Made by a program: the position numbers and the translations under genes. Source: Mantamonas sphyraenae STR306 (lineage: Eukaryota; Protista; CRuMs). Taken from it: DNA of 64,000 bases. Shown one piece after another: positions 35,201-49,311 of the stretch. The first letter of the stretch is position 1, and every line of letters begins with the position of its first letter. The stretch lies in contig JAPMXV010000001.1 of NCBI GenBank assembly GCA_026936335.1, positions 186,001 through 250,000 of the forward strand, in the 5' to 3' direction. The notes under the pieces are model-generated. The model saw nothing but the letters and a program-made list of their open reading frames with translations, did not search any database and was not told the DNA's origin.

Positions 35201-38200
35201 CGTCCCACTTCCGCCACGCTGCTTTGCCCATCGCTCACGCATCGTCCATGCGTCCACAGGCACCGTCTCTTCCGGTGTCTCCTGCAAGGCCAGCTCACGC
35301 AGGGCCTGCAGACTCTCGCCGCTGGCCGCAACCCGTGCCAGGCACGCTGCATCCTGCTTCACCATCTGTTCCAACGCCAACGCGCTCGCCGTCTGCAAGT
35401 CATGCAGGGCCAGTTGCTGCTGGTTGACATTCTCAGCCTCGTCGGCATCGTCGGCATCGCCATCCTGGCCATTTGTCTTGAATCTTGCCATCTGCTCCTG
35501 CAAGGCAGGCAGATGGGCCAGCACGCTGTGTACGAGGGCATAGTCGTCGCCGCCGAGGAAAGGTGCAGCCACGTGGCAGGCTGCGTCGGGGCTGACGACG
35601 TCGGTGGTGACGTCGATGGGCACCTTGGGTGAGGACGAGTCCAGAACCACTCGCATGCGTTGGATGTCGTCGTTGATGGCAACCACCACTCCGGCCTCAG
35701 ACACAGTGCCCATGGCCACTTGTGCACGTCCACCCACATAGGCAAACTCCTTGGTGCCTCCCAGCACGTACAGGGCACCCAGGGCACGTGCAGGCACAGC
35801 GCCCTCGTCCACGGACAGTTCGTTCAATGCATCCAAGAGCAATGTGCGCACCAGCGGCTCCCACTGAGCGTACCGTGTCAGCTGGCGCATGATGGAGACA
35901 AACTCCATGGCCCGCCAGCGGCATCGTTCGGCGCAGCCGTAGCGGGTGCTCAATGCCTCGCCTGCGTGGGTGATCATCCATGTGAGGATGGAAGGCACAC
36001 GAGACCATTGGTCGGCGGAAGGGTCGACCACAGGCAACACAAAGCGGAACAGGCGGATGGCCAGGCGAGCCACACGGTTGCTGGTGGCCTCAAACAACGC
36101 ACGCAGATCCAGCAGGGTGCGTTCGGCCATCAGATACGTGCTGATGTGCGTTGCAGAACGGAAGTGGTACAGAAGCGCAAGCACATCGAAGCACTGCTGC
36201 TCTGCCGTCACACCGCCAGCCTCGTTGCTGTGTGCCGTCTCATTCCCGGATCCGGATGACGATGACGTGGACGATGCTCCGACGGATGCATCCACAGCGG
36301 CAGAAGAGGCCCAGGTGGCACTCAGCACCTCGCGGTCGCCGGCATACTTGTGCAGCTCCTGCAGGAGGAAGTCAAACACGGATTGCTTCATCTCCACCAA
36401 CGGGGTCTCTTGACCCATGCAATTGCCAACCTCGGTGCGCACCACCAGCGCAGCCAGCACACGGTACAACAACCAGGCCGCTTGCGTACGTTGTGTGGCC
36501 AGTGTCCGCCTGCGTGTGGTCATCGGCGTGTGTTCAACGCCAGATGATGATGACGATGACGACGACGACGACATGGCTCCTCCCTCTGAGGACGAGGCTC
36601 CTGCTGCGTCGTTTGCTGCAACAGAGGCACTGTCGCGTGCAATAAAGGCAGCCAGCGAGTTCAACACCTGCACCGAGTGCAGGAAGCCAATGTCATTGGT
36701 TTGGAACTCAATGCTCCACAAATCCATGCACAGAATCTGCAGCGGCATCATTTCAAGCGCCCACGCTCGCTGCTCGGTGGCCTTGTTGTTGCCGCTGCCG
36801 GACTCGGTGGCCATCTGCTGCGACAGCAGGCGAGCGAGCTGAGTGAAGAGGATGGCAAACTCGGCACGCACCAAATTCTGCAGTTCACGTCCACATCCAC
36901 TCAGGCGATGCAAATAGTGGACATTCTCCTCGCCCACGTCCTGTGTCAGCGCAATGCGCGGGTCCAGATGCTTCTCCTTGAACAGATGTGGCTTCAACGA
37001 AAGATCCAGCAGACGCAGCACATCCTCCTTCACGGACACAGTGGAAAGACACTCAAACAGGCGGTTAAACGTACGCAAGCCCTCTGCACGGCTGCGTGCT
37101 CGCACCTGTCGCTGCTGCAAGGACGCTTGCAGCTGGGACAGGTCCACCGTGTCCGAGGTGAGGAACGTCTGCACGTCCTGCATGATGCGCTTGCCCTTGG
37201 ATTCGCTTGCCGCACTCTGAGACGATACCATCTGTGCCTGCGAGCGGAACTGTTCAACAGAGCGCATCAAATCCATCACGTGGTCCCAATGCTCACTGCG
37301 TCCTTGCACCTCCCCGCTCTCCCCTTCCACGGTCATTTGACGCAGCAGCGGCGATGTCCCACTGGCTGCCAAATCGCCCAGCTCGCCCATCGTCGGGCTC
37401 GCCGTTCCGTCGTCCGCACCCAGCATGGATTGCGACGGCGATCGCGACATGGGCGATGGCGTCGAAGTGGACGCTGACGCTGACGCTGACGATGACGACG
37501 ACGACGACGATGTGTTGCCCCCTGCTGCTGGCGTTACCTCCAGACTCAAACTCTCCATGCCATCGGCCAGGTTTGTGGTGGCTGCGGGTGTGCTGGGGCT
37601 GATTGCCTCGTCGCCTCCTGCGCCGCCTGCACCGCCACTCAGCGAATCGGTGCGCAGACGCGTAAGTGACACGTTGCTCGATGCCGATCCGGGTGTTTCC
37701 TTGGGTGAAATGGGTCCATCGACGCCAGGTTTGGGTGTCGATGAGGGTGAAAGGGAGGCGACGCCTGCAGATCCGCTTCCGCCAGCGAGGTTCGTCTGGT
37801 CGTCCGCCGCCTCAGTCAAGCCAAGGCTGGGTGCGGCACGGCCTGCTGCGGGTGGAGTGATGCCGTCGTCGACCATCCACGAGGGAAGGATGTCCAGGAG
37901 GAAGCGCACGCGCAACAGTCGGTCTTTGTACAAGGTGCTCTCCTCGTCACTGTCGCCCAGCGAGGACACCAGACCCAAGACAAGCGTGGCTGCCTGACGG
38001 AACACCGTAGTGAGCTCGCTGGGAGGCTTGGGACCAAACTGGTCCGTGGTCGGCGCAGATCGTGGCAGCCGATTCACCTTTGTGTCCCAATGAGCACCCA
38101 GGTACTCTGCGTAGGTGCGTGCCAACGTCACCATGCCCAGGTGCAGCAACAGGGCGGCCAACACGCTGCGGCTGAATTCCAGATGGGCCACGTTGGCAAG

Positions 38201-41200
38201 CGGCCGCAACATGCCGTTGGACGACACCATGTGCTTCACAAGCATGCTCGCTTCGCCTCCACTGTCCAGCTGCAGTGCAGCCAGGAATGCATTGTTGTCC
38301 TGCATCTCAGTCGCCTCGGAGGCCGACGATGCAATGTCCTCCAGTGACACGCTGGTGTACCTGTGCAACGCAGGCGACGATGCCATCAAACTGGGCCTGC
38401 CCTTGGGCTTGCTCTTGCTTGCAGCCGAGGATGTGGATGAGGATGACGACGATGACGGTTGCATGGACGATGACATGCCTCCGCAAAGCAAAGGGCCGTC
38501 GATCCAGCGCGAGCAATCGCGTTCGTCCTCGCTCATGGGCCCTCCGGTGACCAGGGTGCCTGCGCACTTGGCAGCCAGCCAGCAAGTGGTCTTTGTGAGA
38601 TCCAGCAGCCAGGGCAACTCTAGATGTTTGTCGTAGATGGGCTTGACTGTGGCACGGTATCCCCACAGCGTGCTCATGCGATCCGTCTTGAAGGCAAACA
38701 CGACGGTGTTGCCCTCGATGACGAGTGGCTCCTTGGGCCAGTTGCCACTTGTTGGGGAGCCGGAAAACACGTGCGGCACCAGTTTGTCTTCTTCAGACAC
38801 GTTGCCGCCTTCCTGCACGCGCGCATAAAGCTCCAAGCTGTCGTGGTTGCCCTCTGTGTGGCAATTGGGATCAAAGCTGATCACCAGCTTGGAGGCGTCC
38901 GGGATGCTGACCTTTTCAAACGTCTGGCTGTGCGGTGGGTACGGATGCAACGAATCGATGCTCATCTCGCGGATGCGGTTGGTTTGGGCACTCTCCAGGT
39001 TGTCCCTGCGGAACTCAAGGTCCGCCTTGGCCAGACTTGGGCACTGTTGCACCACACGGTCCAGGGTGGCAATCAACGGCATCAAGGAGCCCAACACCTG
39101 TGACACCATCCACTTTGCGTCTGCAAACAGACACAGTGCATTGATCAGCGGCGGCAACACGACGCCCACCACCGTCTCCTTCAGCACATCCATGGCAGCC
39201 AGCAACGCCTCGTCGGAGGAGGAAGGTGCGTTTGCTGCACCTGCGCTGCTGCCTTCGCCCAGCAGCGTGGTGCGCAGCACACGTGTGCATCCGTCCAGCA
39301 CCGTGCCCACGTAGCCCACCAAGGCCTTGACCTCGGGCATGGCGGCAATGTCTGTGGACTCGACAGCTTCCTGCAGGTAGCCCACCTGCGAAAGGAGGTC
39401 ACGCTGAACATTCAGCACGAGGAACAGCAGAGGCGATCTGTGGTCTGCTTCCATCTGTGCAAACTTGCTCGCACTCAGGCTGTCGTTCATGCTGAGGTTG
39501 AGCACAGCCATGGTCGAAGGCGGCACGGCCGACGCCGGTTCCCGAGAATCCAGCAGCGACGACGTGGACGCCGCGGCGTTGCCCAGGCTTTCTGCGCTCG
39601 ACTCCACCGCCTGTTTGATGAGCAGATCCACCACCGAGGTGAGGAACTGGCCTTGTGACGAGTCGCCAGGCACGAGCAGAGCGCTGAGGCTGGAGTGACG
39701 AGAAAAGTGCTTGCAGAACGCAGTCAGGAATCGACTGCCAGCGCCCATGTGGGACGCAGCCGCACCTGTGGAAGATGCGGACGACGAGTGGACAGCAGCC
39801 GTGCTGCCTTCCTCCTGTGCCTGTGTGTGGTTGTCTGCCAGCTGACGCGGGTCGCTGGGGATGTTCTGGATACTCGCGATGAGTTGGCTCTGGTCCTCTT
39901 TGGCGGAGAAGAACGTGGGCAAGCCAATTGTCAGCACCTGCATGGCTTCCGTGTACACAAAGGCATTGTAGTGGCCATGAGACACATTGGCCAGGCACTG
40001 CAGCGCTTGACGCATGCGATACAGGGCCGAATCGACTCCGGTGCCCGGTGCCAAGCCCACTGTTTGGGCGTCCACCTGCCACCTGTCCAGCCAGTACAGA
40101 TTGTTCTTCAGCGTACGCAGATACACAATCAGGGCGTAGATTGTGTGCACACGCTCGATGGGAAGGTCCACCTCTGCGGTGGGGTCTGTGTCGCCTGCAC
40201 CTTGGCCTGCAGCCTGCAAGATAAGGCGCAGCAAGCGCTCCATGGCATCCTGCTGCACACAGACGGAAAAGGGCATCTGGTTGCCGTCGAGCACGCCGTA
40301 CTGCTCGAGATGCATGTCCACCCAGTAGGGCCGCTTGACCTCGTTCAGGGACATGATTTGCGGGGCGCCAAAGCGAGCCAGGCGGTCGAGGGAGGCCAGT
40401 AGGATCATGGCTACATCGCCTGCGCGCATGGGTTTGTTCTCCGCCACAGCCTGGGCGTCAAAGACGTGGGCGTGTGTGGAGGCAGACAGCACCAGCTGCG
40501 AACACATGGACGGCAGGTTGCCTTCGCCTCGGCAGTACGCACGTGTGGCTCGCCAGCCGGGCTCCGGGGCGGGACCCACATTGGGCAGTGCCATCAAGGT
40601 GTGGTTGTGGTTTGTGTACACCCACACAATGTTTGTGTGTGCATCGTACACGGTGCTCAACGGGGAGCGATCCAACTGCGGTATGTTCTGCACTGCCTTG
40701 TGACGCACCCACGCATCGGGTGTGAGGGCGCTCGTCTTGTCGTCGCCGTCTTTGTCCTGTGCTTTGTCCTGTGCTTTGTCCTGTGCTTTGTCCTGTGGTT
40801 GGTTGCGGCTGCCCGTGCCCTCTTCGTTGTCCTTGCCATTGGCGCTGGCTGTGTCTGTGCACGCATCTGCATCGAGGGCCAGTTGCAACACCTCGAAGCT
40901 GGTCTTGCTGGAGAGGGTGTCGCGCACCACACTCAGCACACGGCCATCGGTGTATGCGGCAATGGGGCAAGGGTGGCGCACGTACATGCCTCGGAAGGCG
41001 ACAAAGCGCACGTCAATGTTGTGCGATCCGTTGGCGTTGCTGGACAACTGGGTGCTGCTGATGAACTTGATGAGGATGTAGGAGCACACACGCGGCTGGT
41101 GCTGCTCGATTTCCACCGTGTGTTGTTCCAGCGACAGCTGAAAGAACGACGAAGGCAGCATCCACTGCGGCAGGCCGTGATTCTCCGGGTACGTCATCAC

Positions 41201-41854
41201 ATCCATGGCCTGCGCTGCCGTAAAGTTGTCAAACATCTCAAACACCTTGAAGTCAGGCTCCTCGTCCAGAAACCAGATGAGGCCAAAGCGCACCGGGTTG
41301 GTGTATCCCTTGCGGGGTGCACGGATCATGTACTTGGAGCACGAGAAGCGCTTGCCGTGTGCGTCCCCCAACAACACGTTGACATTGGCTGGCTTGGTCG
41401 ACGAGTAGCACTTGCGCGACTGTTCCAGCAGATTCTCCACGGGATAATCCGTTACGCTGCCGCCGTCACACCGCAGCACGGTCAAATTCGACAGCCACGG
41501 GTCGTTCGCATCCTTCGACTCTCCCACCTTGTTGGAGGCTGAAGAAGACGAGGAGGACGAGGAGGACGAGGAGGAAGCAGGTGGTACGCCTGCAGCAGCG
41601 TCGCCTTCCACCGCTCCGTCGTCGCCGTGGTCGCCCTCACTCGCTTCCACCACAGGGGACACGGGAACCACCGTCACCGTGGCTGCACCCTCGCTGCTAT
41701 GACTTTGGTTGTCTTCCTGAGGTGCGCCACGTTCCTCCTCGTCGTCTTGGTCCTCGGGGGCCTCGGAAGCCGACGCCGACGCAAACTCTGCCTCCAGGTT
41801 GGCCGTGGTGTCTACATCCTGGCTGGCACTGGCATCCATAGTGACGCCCGGACC

Positions 41855-41902
<48 letters not shown>

Positions 41903-43863
41903 TCCGGGTGTTGCGGGTGAGATGGCATTGCGTGTGCCCATCCACGTGCTGGGGCTGGAGTTGCCCAGGTTCAAATCGGGCAGCTCTCGCTGTTGGACGA
42001 CGCTCTCGCTTTCGGGATCGTACACGGTCAGCCACAGGTGTTGGGTGCGAGCCTCCTCCACCACATAGCCGTGCAACACAAACAGCAGCTCGCCATCGGT
42101 GGTCATGCAAAACTCAGAGGTGGCCATGTGTGCATGTCCCTCGGGTGCAATGGCCCACTCGGCAGCCGTCCACTCATTGGCGTGGCTGTTGTCCTTCTCT
42201 TCATCGTCGCCTTCGTCGTCGCCAAACAACGATCGACTGACACTTTCCAGCGTCTCTGGGGACAGCTCCCACAGCTGCACCGCCACATTTGTAGCATCCC
42301 CTTGCGACTGGGGCCTGCGCGTGAGCACAAAGAGGGAGCCGTTTGCACAAGCCATGGTTGTGGCAGCGTCGCTGAGAAAGTGTTTGCGTTCGAGGTAGAT
42401 TGCATCCAGGGTGGTGCCGTGGAATCCCGTGCCCACCTTCATCAGGGCGTTGCTATTGTGCACATACATGAAGCGGTTGTCCATGGCCACGCTGCCATTG
42501 GCCGTGCTACTCGTGTCGTTGTGTGCACGCTGGCCAAACTTGTGACTCCACATCGTCGCCCCACAACTGTCCATGTGATTCAACGCAGGTGCGCGTGCAT
42601 GCATGGCCAGCTTGTGCAATTGAGGCATCACACACACCTCCATGTCTGCTCGTGCGTTCAGGAACTCCACCATACGCAGCAATTCGTTCTGCGACCGCGA
42701 CGCTACCGTGTACTGCATCAACAGTGGCACCGCCTCCTGTGCCGCTGCCTCTGACTCGCTTGCATATGTCCACACACGTTCCATGGCCATCCGAAGCCAC
42801 GCCGTGCTCTGTGTCTCTCGCAACGGAAGCTGCATCTTTTGCCACCGCTCCTCATCCATCATCACTTTCAACGTTTTCAGCAGCACCGTGGCATCGCCTG
42901 TGCGTGGATACAGAACGTTGCCCGTGCGCGGTTGATGTGTATGGGATGTGACGCCCCATCCATGCCGTGTCAGTGTCTTTGCTTCCTTCCTCTCGTGTCC
43001 AAGCCCTTTGTTTTGCTGGCTCATTCATCTTCCGCCAATGCAAGGCAGGATTGGCTCCTCGCAGGCGCCCACCCAAGCCATCCGCACCCACACAGCCGTG
43101 TCCTTGGTCTCCCTGGCACGCCAGAGTGGGTGTGTGTGTGTGTGCATGCCTCGTTGGGTCATCCCATGTCACAATCCCTTCCACGTACCGGTTTCGTCCA
43201 AGGCCTCGAGCAAACGCGCCAACACGTCGAAGGAGAACAGCACGTGCGAGCTCATCCCTTCCTCATTGTACCTGCGGTTGCCCAGAGAACTGCCGTCCAT
43301 AGACACCAGTGCATCGTCGTCCACATCCTGTGAGTGTACACATGTGCTGTGTCAGTCTCCCTGGGGAGTGGTGTCTGTGTGCGTGCTGCCGTTCCCGCCA
43401 AATCGCCTTCCGAGCCGGGTTTCCCGCCACATGCCACGTATGCCCAACCTACCCGAGTTTGTTTCCTCCTGCGCTCAAACGCCTGGTGGATACGCAGAAG
43501 GACGCGCAAACGGGAGCGCAGTAGAGTGAGAAAGAGGCCTCCGCTGGCGGAGAACGAGGTTGTGCTCAACTGGCGAATGCACGACCAGATGATGTGATCC
43601 AACTGTCTGGCCATCTCCTCCTCCGTGCACTTGTCCTCGTCCATGAGTCCCACCATGAGGGCGTCGTCACGTGCACTCTTGGATTCAAACTGTTGGTAAA
43701 AGTCTTCGTTGCCGATCACCGTCGCCAACTCGGGGAACTCGTTGCTCGCTGCCAGCGAGTCAAACACAAAGCGCTCGTCCAGCACTTGCCCTTCGTCCAG
43801 CGCAAGCCATTTCTTGTCATCAATGATGTGATCTGTGTTGGATGATGACAATGCGCCGCCCAT
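29226..43863 (-). CDS. Giant HECT E3 ubiquitin ligase, HECTD4/HERC-like (CUB-like, SPRY, UBA, UIM, MIB-SH3, 2x ZZ, HECT); 2 introns near the 5' end, 3 frameshifts
   Basis: ORFs 34139-43024, 33039-34163, 30095-33082 and 29226-30257 are collinear. Motifs: SPRY YYYFEVTV, UBA LTEMGYS, ZZ CDGC..PISGPRYKC, HECT FLGEGADD(QGG)PY and catalytic LPRSATCFF. An N-terminal MGGALSS exon is inferred. Confidence 0.86.
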
Positions 43864-43947
43864 CTCTTCCCCAAACAAGAAATTTTTTGTGTTGGTGTCC
43901 GCGCCCGCCCCCAACTACGTGTAACTCTTGGCCCCGCACACATCCCC
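43864..43947. promoter_or_regulatory. Compact divergent promoter region (HECT ligase / PKD2)
   Basis: Only 84 bp separate the two inferred opposing ATGs; contains an A/T patch. Confidence 0.4.
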
Positions 43948-44134
43948 ATGGCCTTCCGTCCCAAGCCTGGAGGCGGTATTGAGATGACGCCCGTGGGCGG
44001 CAGCGCAGGTGGCCCTGGACGCAAGCAAACGGGCACTGGCGGACGCGTACGTTGCGGCGCAGCAAGCGTGAATTTCGTTCCACACACCCTCACACACCCT
44101 CACCTCATGGGATGTCACTTCGCGTGTGCATGTC

Positions 44135-44171
<37 letters not shown>

Positions 44172-46642
44172 ACAGAGGCGTGCTGGGACGCGTCGTGGGA
44201 CCACAACACGTTCGCGGGAGCGGAGAGAGACCACGGTGGATACCGAGGACGAGGAACTGGACGTGCGGATGACCTTGCGTGACCTGGAACTGGCCCTTGT
44301 GGAGAAGTTGGAGCTGCGCAAGAACATGCGCCAGTTCTTTTTCTTTTGCTTCTTCATTGTCGTCTTTATGAGTCAGGTGTTCCTTGCCCGTGCCCCACGC
44401 GAGGCCTTCAACTCGGAAACCGCCCTCAAGGACGTCTTCATCGACGAGGAGTTTGAGGCCTCCGACTCCCAGTTCTACAAGTCCTTCCTGGATGTCAAAA
44501 ACATGGTGAGTGAGCGCTGTACCCATCTTGTCCGGTGTGCCTCTCTACGCATCGCCCCTGTGTCTCCTTGTGCGTCCCCGGCGCCCGTGCAGCGATCGCA
44601 CACATTTGTGGCCAGTTCCAAGAACTGCGTCGCGGCGCGCCCTCTGGCGTCGCCCCGGCGCCACACAGCCGTACACGGGTGCGGTGGCGTCTCGCAGATA
44701 CACGCACCCCGATGTGGAATTGGCCAAGATGACAGCGATGGGGATGTGTGAGGCACGGCGGTGGGCACACACTGACACAGAACGAGGGCGGAAAACGAAC
44801 GGGAGTTCAGGACGAAATCTGGCAGTGGATCGAGGGCCCGCTGATTAACCAGCTGACAGCCAACGAATGGTACAACGGCAAAGTGTACGACAAGACGCAG
44901 GAGGGGTTCATCTACATGTACAACAAGGTGATTGGAGGCATCCGTGTGCGACAACTGCGTGTCAAGGCAAACACGTGCACGGTGCCGGAGCGATACAGCA
45001 AGCTGTACCCCAACTGCTTCCCCAACTACCAACAGGGGATCACAGAGAGCCGTGATGCATACGGACCGGGGGGCATGTGGAAGTGGAAGTCGCCCGAGGA
45101 GACACGGTTGCCGTCGTTCATCGGACGTGCAACGTCCACCAACGTGTACGACGGCGGAGGCTTTGTGGTGGACATTCCCTACAACCGAACCACCATTCCG
45201 CAAGACTTTGCCCAACTCAAGCGTGACCGCTTCCTGGACAGGCAAACGCGGGCACTGTTCATCACCCTCAACTTTTTCAACCAGAACGAGAACCACTTTA
45301 TCACACTGAACACCCTGTTTGAGATGACCCCCGGCGGCCTCATCAAACCCTGGTACGTGTTCAAGGTTGTGCGTCTGGAGCTGTACACTTCGGCCCTGGA
45401 CATCTTTCGCGGCGTGCTCGAGTTTATGGTGGCCAGCATGCTAGTGTACTTCACCCAACGTGTGGTGCGTGAGGCACTGGCAGCCATGCACGAGCACCAC
45501 TCGTTGATCCCGTACCTGCAGGATTCGTGGAACCTGCTGGACATCATCAACCTCACCTTGTTCTGGTATGTGGTGGTGGAGAATGCCGCGTGGCTGTTGG
45601 ATCCCGAACGCTTCAACGTCACCCTGGACATGGCCGGTCGCACCAACTACATCCCGCTGGAGCCGCTGGCTGCGCGCTACATCAATCTGTACAATGTCAA
45701 CGCGTTCAACGTGTTCCTGACCTGGATCAAGACCTTCAAGTTCCTGAAGATCAACGACCGCATCTTCATCCTGTGGAAGACCATGAGCAGGGCCTCGGGC
45801 GATCTCTTTGCCTTTCTGATCTTCTTCACCATCATCTTTGTCGGCTTTGCGTTTATGGGTACGCTGTTGTTTGGGCCGACCATGACGGGCTACCGCGACT
45901 TTCTGGCATCGGTCACCACGCTGGGCAAGCTGGTGGTGGGCCAGTTTGAGTACCTGGAGTATGTGCGAGCCAACCGTGTGCTGGGACCGGTGTTCTTTTT
46001 CCTCTTTGTGGTCCTGGTCTACTTTACGCTGGTCAACATGTTTATTGCCATCATCAACGACGCCTTCACCGAGGTGAAGGGCGAGGTGGACGAGAGTGCA
46101 CGCAAGCTGAGCTACCAGTTGCGAAAGGGCATGCAGAATCGCATCAAGTACTACCGCACCAAGATCAAGGGCGAGAAGCACACGTCGCGACGTGCGTTGG
46201 AGAAGCGCGTGCTGGCCATGGTGCGCCAGAGCGAGTTTAAGGACTCGCCTGTGACCAACATCGACGACATCCAGCGCGGCATGAACCTGCCCCAGGAGGA
46301 CGCCGAGCTCGTGCTCACCGTCCTCGAACAGTATCGCGAGAAGAAGCGGTCAAGGAGAGAGGCGGAAATCACACAACGACACGAGGTGACAGAGGGCCAT
46401 CGTCTGGCTGCTGGAGGCGCTGCGGGGGCAGCGGGGGCAGGGCTGCAGGCGGCGCAGACGACTCATCCAGCCGAACGAATGTGGATCTGACCAACCTGGA
46501 CGTGGATTTGTCCAGGTTGCTGGCTAACAAGCAAACCAAGCTGGACAAGTTGGCTCAGCTGGAGAAAAAGGTGGACGAGCTCAACAAGATCCTCAGCGGC
46601 GTGGAAACCGCCATCCCCGGTACCATGAGCGCAGAATTGTGA
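43948..46642 (+). CDS. PKD2: Polycystin-2/TRPP (PKD2-like) cation channel, 3 exons, frameshift near 46441
   Basis: NKVIGGIRVRQLRVK..C, YDGGGF, FLDRQTRALFI, WNLLDII, LGPVFFFLF..LVNMFIAIINDAF. The C-terminal coiled coil is in the -1 frame. Confidence 0.9.
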
Positions 46643-46784
46643 TTGTGATTGTTGTGAATGAAAACAGGGACAGGCATGTGTGCACACCGCTGTGAGTGAT
46701 GTCCCTTTGCTCTTGGACAACACTGAATGGCCACATGTGCGCAAGGGGAGGCAGAAGAACTCGTGCGTGGGTTGTGTGGGGGAG

Positions 46785-48118
46785 ATGTCGTCAGCTTCTG
46801 CAGCCTATGTGGCAGGGACGGACAAGGACACGTCTCAGATCTTGAAAGGGTCGGACGACATGCCGCTGAACAAGATCGTGACTCGGATGATCAACAAGAA
46901 CGCGGTGACGATTGTGTTGACGATCAAGGGCGACTGGTGCGCGTTTTGTACAGGCTGGCTTAACTCGTTTGAGGCCATTTACGACGAGGTTCAGGAGTTG
47001 GGGGGCACTGTGGTGGCCATCAGTGCACAGGATCCCGAGTACATCGAGAAGAGCATCGAAAATTCGGGTGTGACGTTTCCAATGTAGGTTCCACCTCCAC
47101 GCACAGGATTTGGGAGAGGGTGAAGAGGCAAGGGCAAGCAACAATGACTGACCGATCGGTGCGTGATGGAACACAGAATCTACGATCCGTACTGCTGGTT
47201 TGCAGAGATCAACAACATGGAGGTGATGCACACGGTAGGTGACAAAAAGAAACGGTTGTGGAGGCAGAGATGTGGATTTTGAGAAGGCTCTGACACCGGT
47301 TTGAATCTGGCACACAGAGCTCGTACCTTTTGGATTCCCTTCACAGCGATTCCCTGCACACATACAAGTTTGCAGCGTTCTTGCCAAGTAGGTTGCGTGC
47401 GCTTGTGGGGATGGGGGGGCCGGCAGGTGGGAACGACCTGGGTTTGCTGAGAGAGGGGGGGGCTGACACCAAACGGACGTTCCGGGCACCCATTTCACAA
47501 CTTGGCCGCAGGTGTGTATGTTTATGAAAAGGGCAACATCGATCCGGTGTACAAGTGGGTGGACGACTTTTCGGAAAACACCTGGTTTGGGATGATTGGG
47601 CGCCCGACGGCAGAGTGTGAGTTCAGGCATCCGACGAGCCGGCACAGAGAACCTGCAACGTGGACGCTGACACAAAAACGGAAACCAACCGTGGATTGGG
47701 TGACATTGATTGTGCGGTGGTGCACACAGATTTGATGCTGGTGGCACGAAACACATGCCATGAGACGGTGGAGCTGCCGGACAATGTGCCGACCATCACC
47801 TACCACGATGCGCGAGGGATGTCCGTACCTTTGTGGTGCTACGTGACATGTTGTACGTGTTGTGGCAATCGCAACGATGCGTTTGCGCACAAGATGCTTG
47901 GACCGAGTTACGGCTATGACGCGCAGGGGAAGCGAACCATGGAAGCCGACCCGTTCAACGAGGATGCTGAGGAGTTTAAGAAGGCACAAGCCATCCTGGC
48001 CCAGGGTGCAGTCACACACGACACCCCTGAACGCGAGTTGCCCTCATGTCACTACGTGCCCAGGCACAAGCGGGAAAAGAAGAAACGGGCAGTTGAGCGT
48101 ATGGAAGAGGAGAGTTGA
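46785..48118 (+). CDS. AhpC/TSA (PRXL2-like) thioredoxin-fold protein, about 5 exons
   Basis: KGDWCAFC (CxxC), VVAISAQD, FP(I)IYDP. GTAGGT donors and CACAG/CGCAG acceptors. Confidence 0.65.
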
Positions 48119-48141
48119 GCTCAAGCAATGAATCAACAGTG

Positions 48142-49247
48142 TGGATTGGGAATGGAACGGGTGGGTGGAATGGGATGGGTGTGGGTTGATGAAAGTGAGC
48201 GATGGAGGAGGCAGGGCAAAACTCCACCACACACAAGGATGAGTGCAAAACAGATGTTGCAGAAGCGTGAGGGCGAACTGTCGCTGATCAGCATGATCTG
48301 TGACGAAGACACCATCACAGGGTTCCTGCTGGCTGGAGTGGGTGACCGGGACTTGAAGAACAAGGCGAACTACCTGATTGTGACCAGCAGTAGGTTTCTG
48401 CGTTGGCCTGGGGTTGAGGGGAGCGAAGGGGTGGGATGGGGACGGTGTGGATGGGATTGGTTGTGTATGGGAGATGTGTGGGAGGAGAACGGGCGGTGTG
48501 CATGTGGGTGTGGGAAGGAGGAGGTGGAGAGATTGGGAAGAGAGGACGGAGCGCAGTGAAACGCTGTTGGAAAAGGGGGTTGTGGAGGGGAGAGGGAGGG
48601 ATGGGAGAGAGAGGAGATGGTGTGTGGAAGGGCTAGGCAATGGATGGAGGAGGAGGAGGAGGAGGAAGAGGGGAGGAAGGGAGAGGAAGGTTGCCGGGGG
48701 GAGGGCAAAGGGGCAGACGGGAAGCAGCAGCGTGGATGGGAGAAGTGTGTGCGGAGGAGAGGCGGAGGGGAGGGGAGGGTTGGATTGGAAAGGAGACAGA
48801 TGGGGAGGATGGTTGTGTGTGGTGGGAATCATGGGTCATTGTTGACGATGTGTGGTGTGTGGGGTTGTGTAGGGGGGGGGGGTTTGAGCACGGTGTGCAT
48901 TCCCACAAGGGGCTGGTCTGAAGGATAGAAGAGTGGGGAAAGGGCACTGACACAAACACCGGCCACACTGGACACACACGCATGGATGCAACCACAATGG
49001 ACGCACACAGAGACAACAGTGGAGGAGATTGAGAGTGCGTGGAGGACGTTTACGACGCGTGAGGACGTGTCGATCCTTGTGATCAACCAGCATGTGGCGG
49101 ATGAGATCCGACATCTGGTGGATGAGTATGACAAGCCACTGCCGTCCATTCTGGAGGTACCGTCGAAGGACAAGCCATACGAGCAGGAGAAGGATAGCGT
49201 GTTTCAGAAGCTGCAATACCTGCTGGGGCCCAACCAATAAGAAGACA
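48142..49247 (+). repeat. Inverted repeat arm 1 (~1.1 kb)
   Basis: Near-identical reverse complement of 56931-58037, including the 5' flank and intron. Confidence 0.95.
48239..49240 (+). CDS. ATP6V1F: V-type ATPase subunit F, copy 1 (exons 48239-48389, 49011-49240)
   Basis: ICDEDTITGFLLAGVG, ILVINQHVADEIR, LPSILEVPSKDKPY. Confidence 0.95.
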
Positions 49248-49311
49248 ACCAACACCTCACATGCTGCTTCTCCACCCCTTCCCCTAACCCACCGTTCTCT
49301 CTCTCCTTCGG

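Noticed and set aside
46785-48118. Selenoprotein (SelU/PRXL2-like)
   Set aside because: The active site is Cys-x-x-Cys with no in-frame TGA, and no SECIS is recognised.
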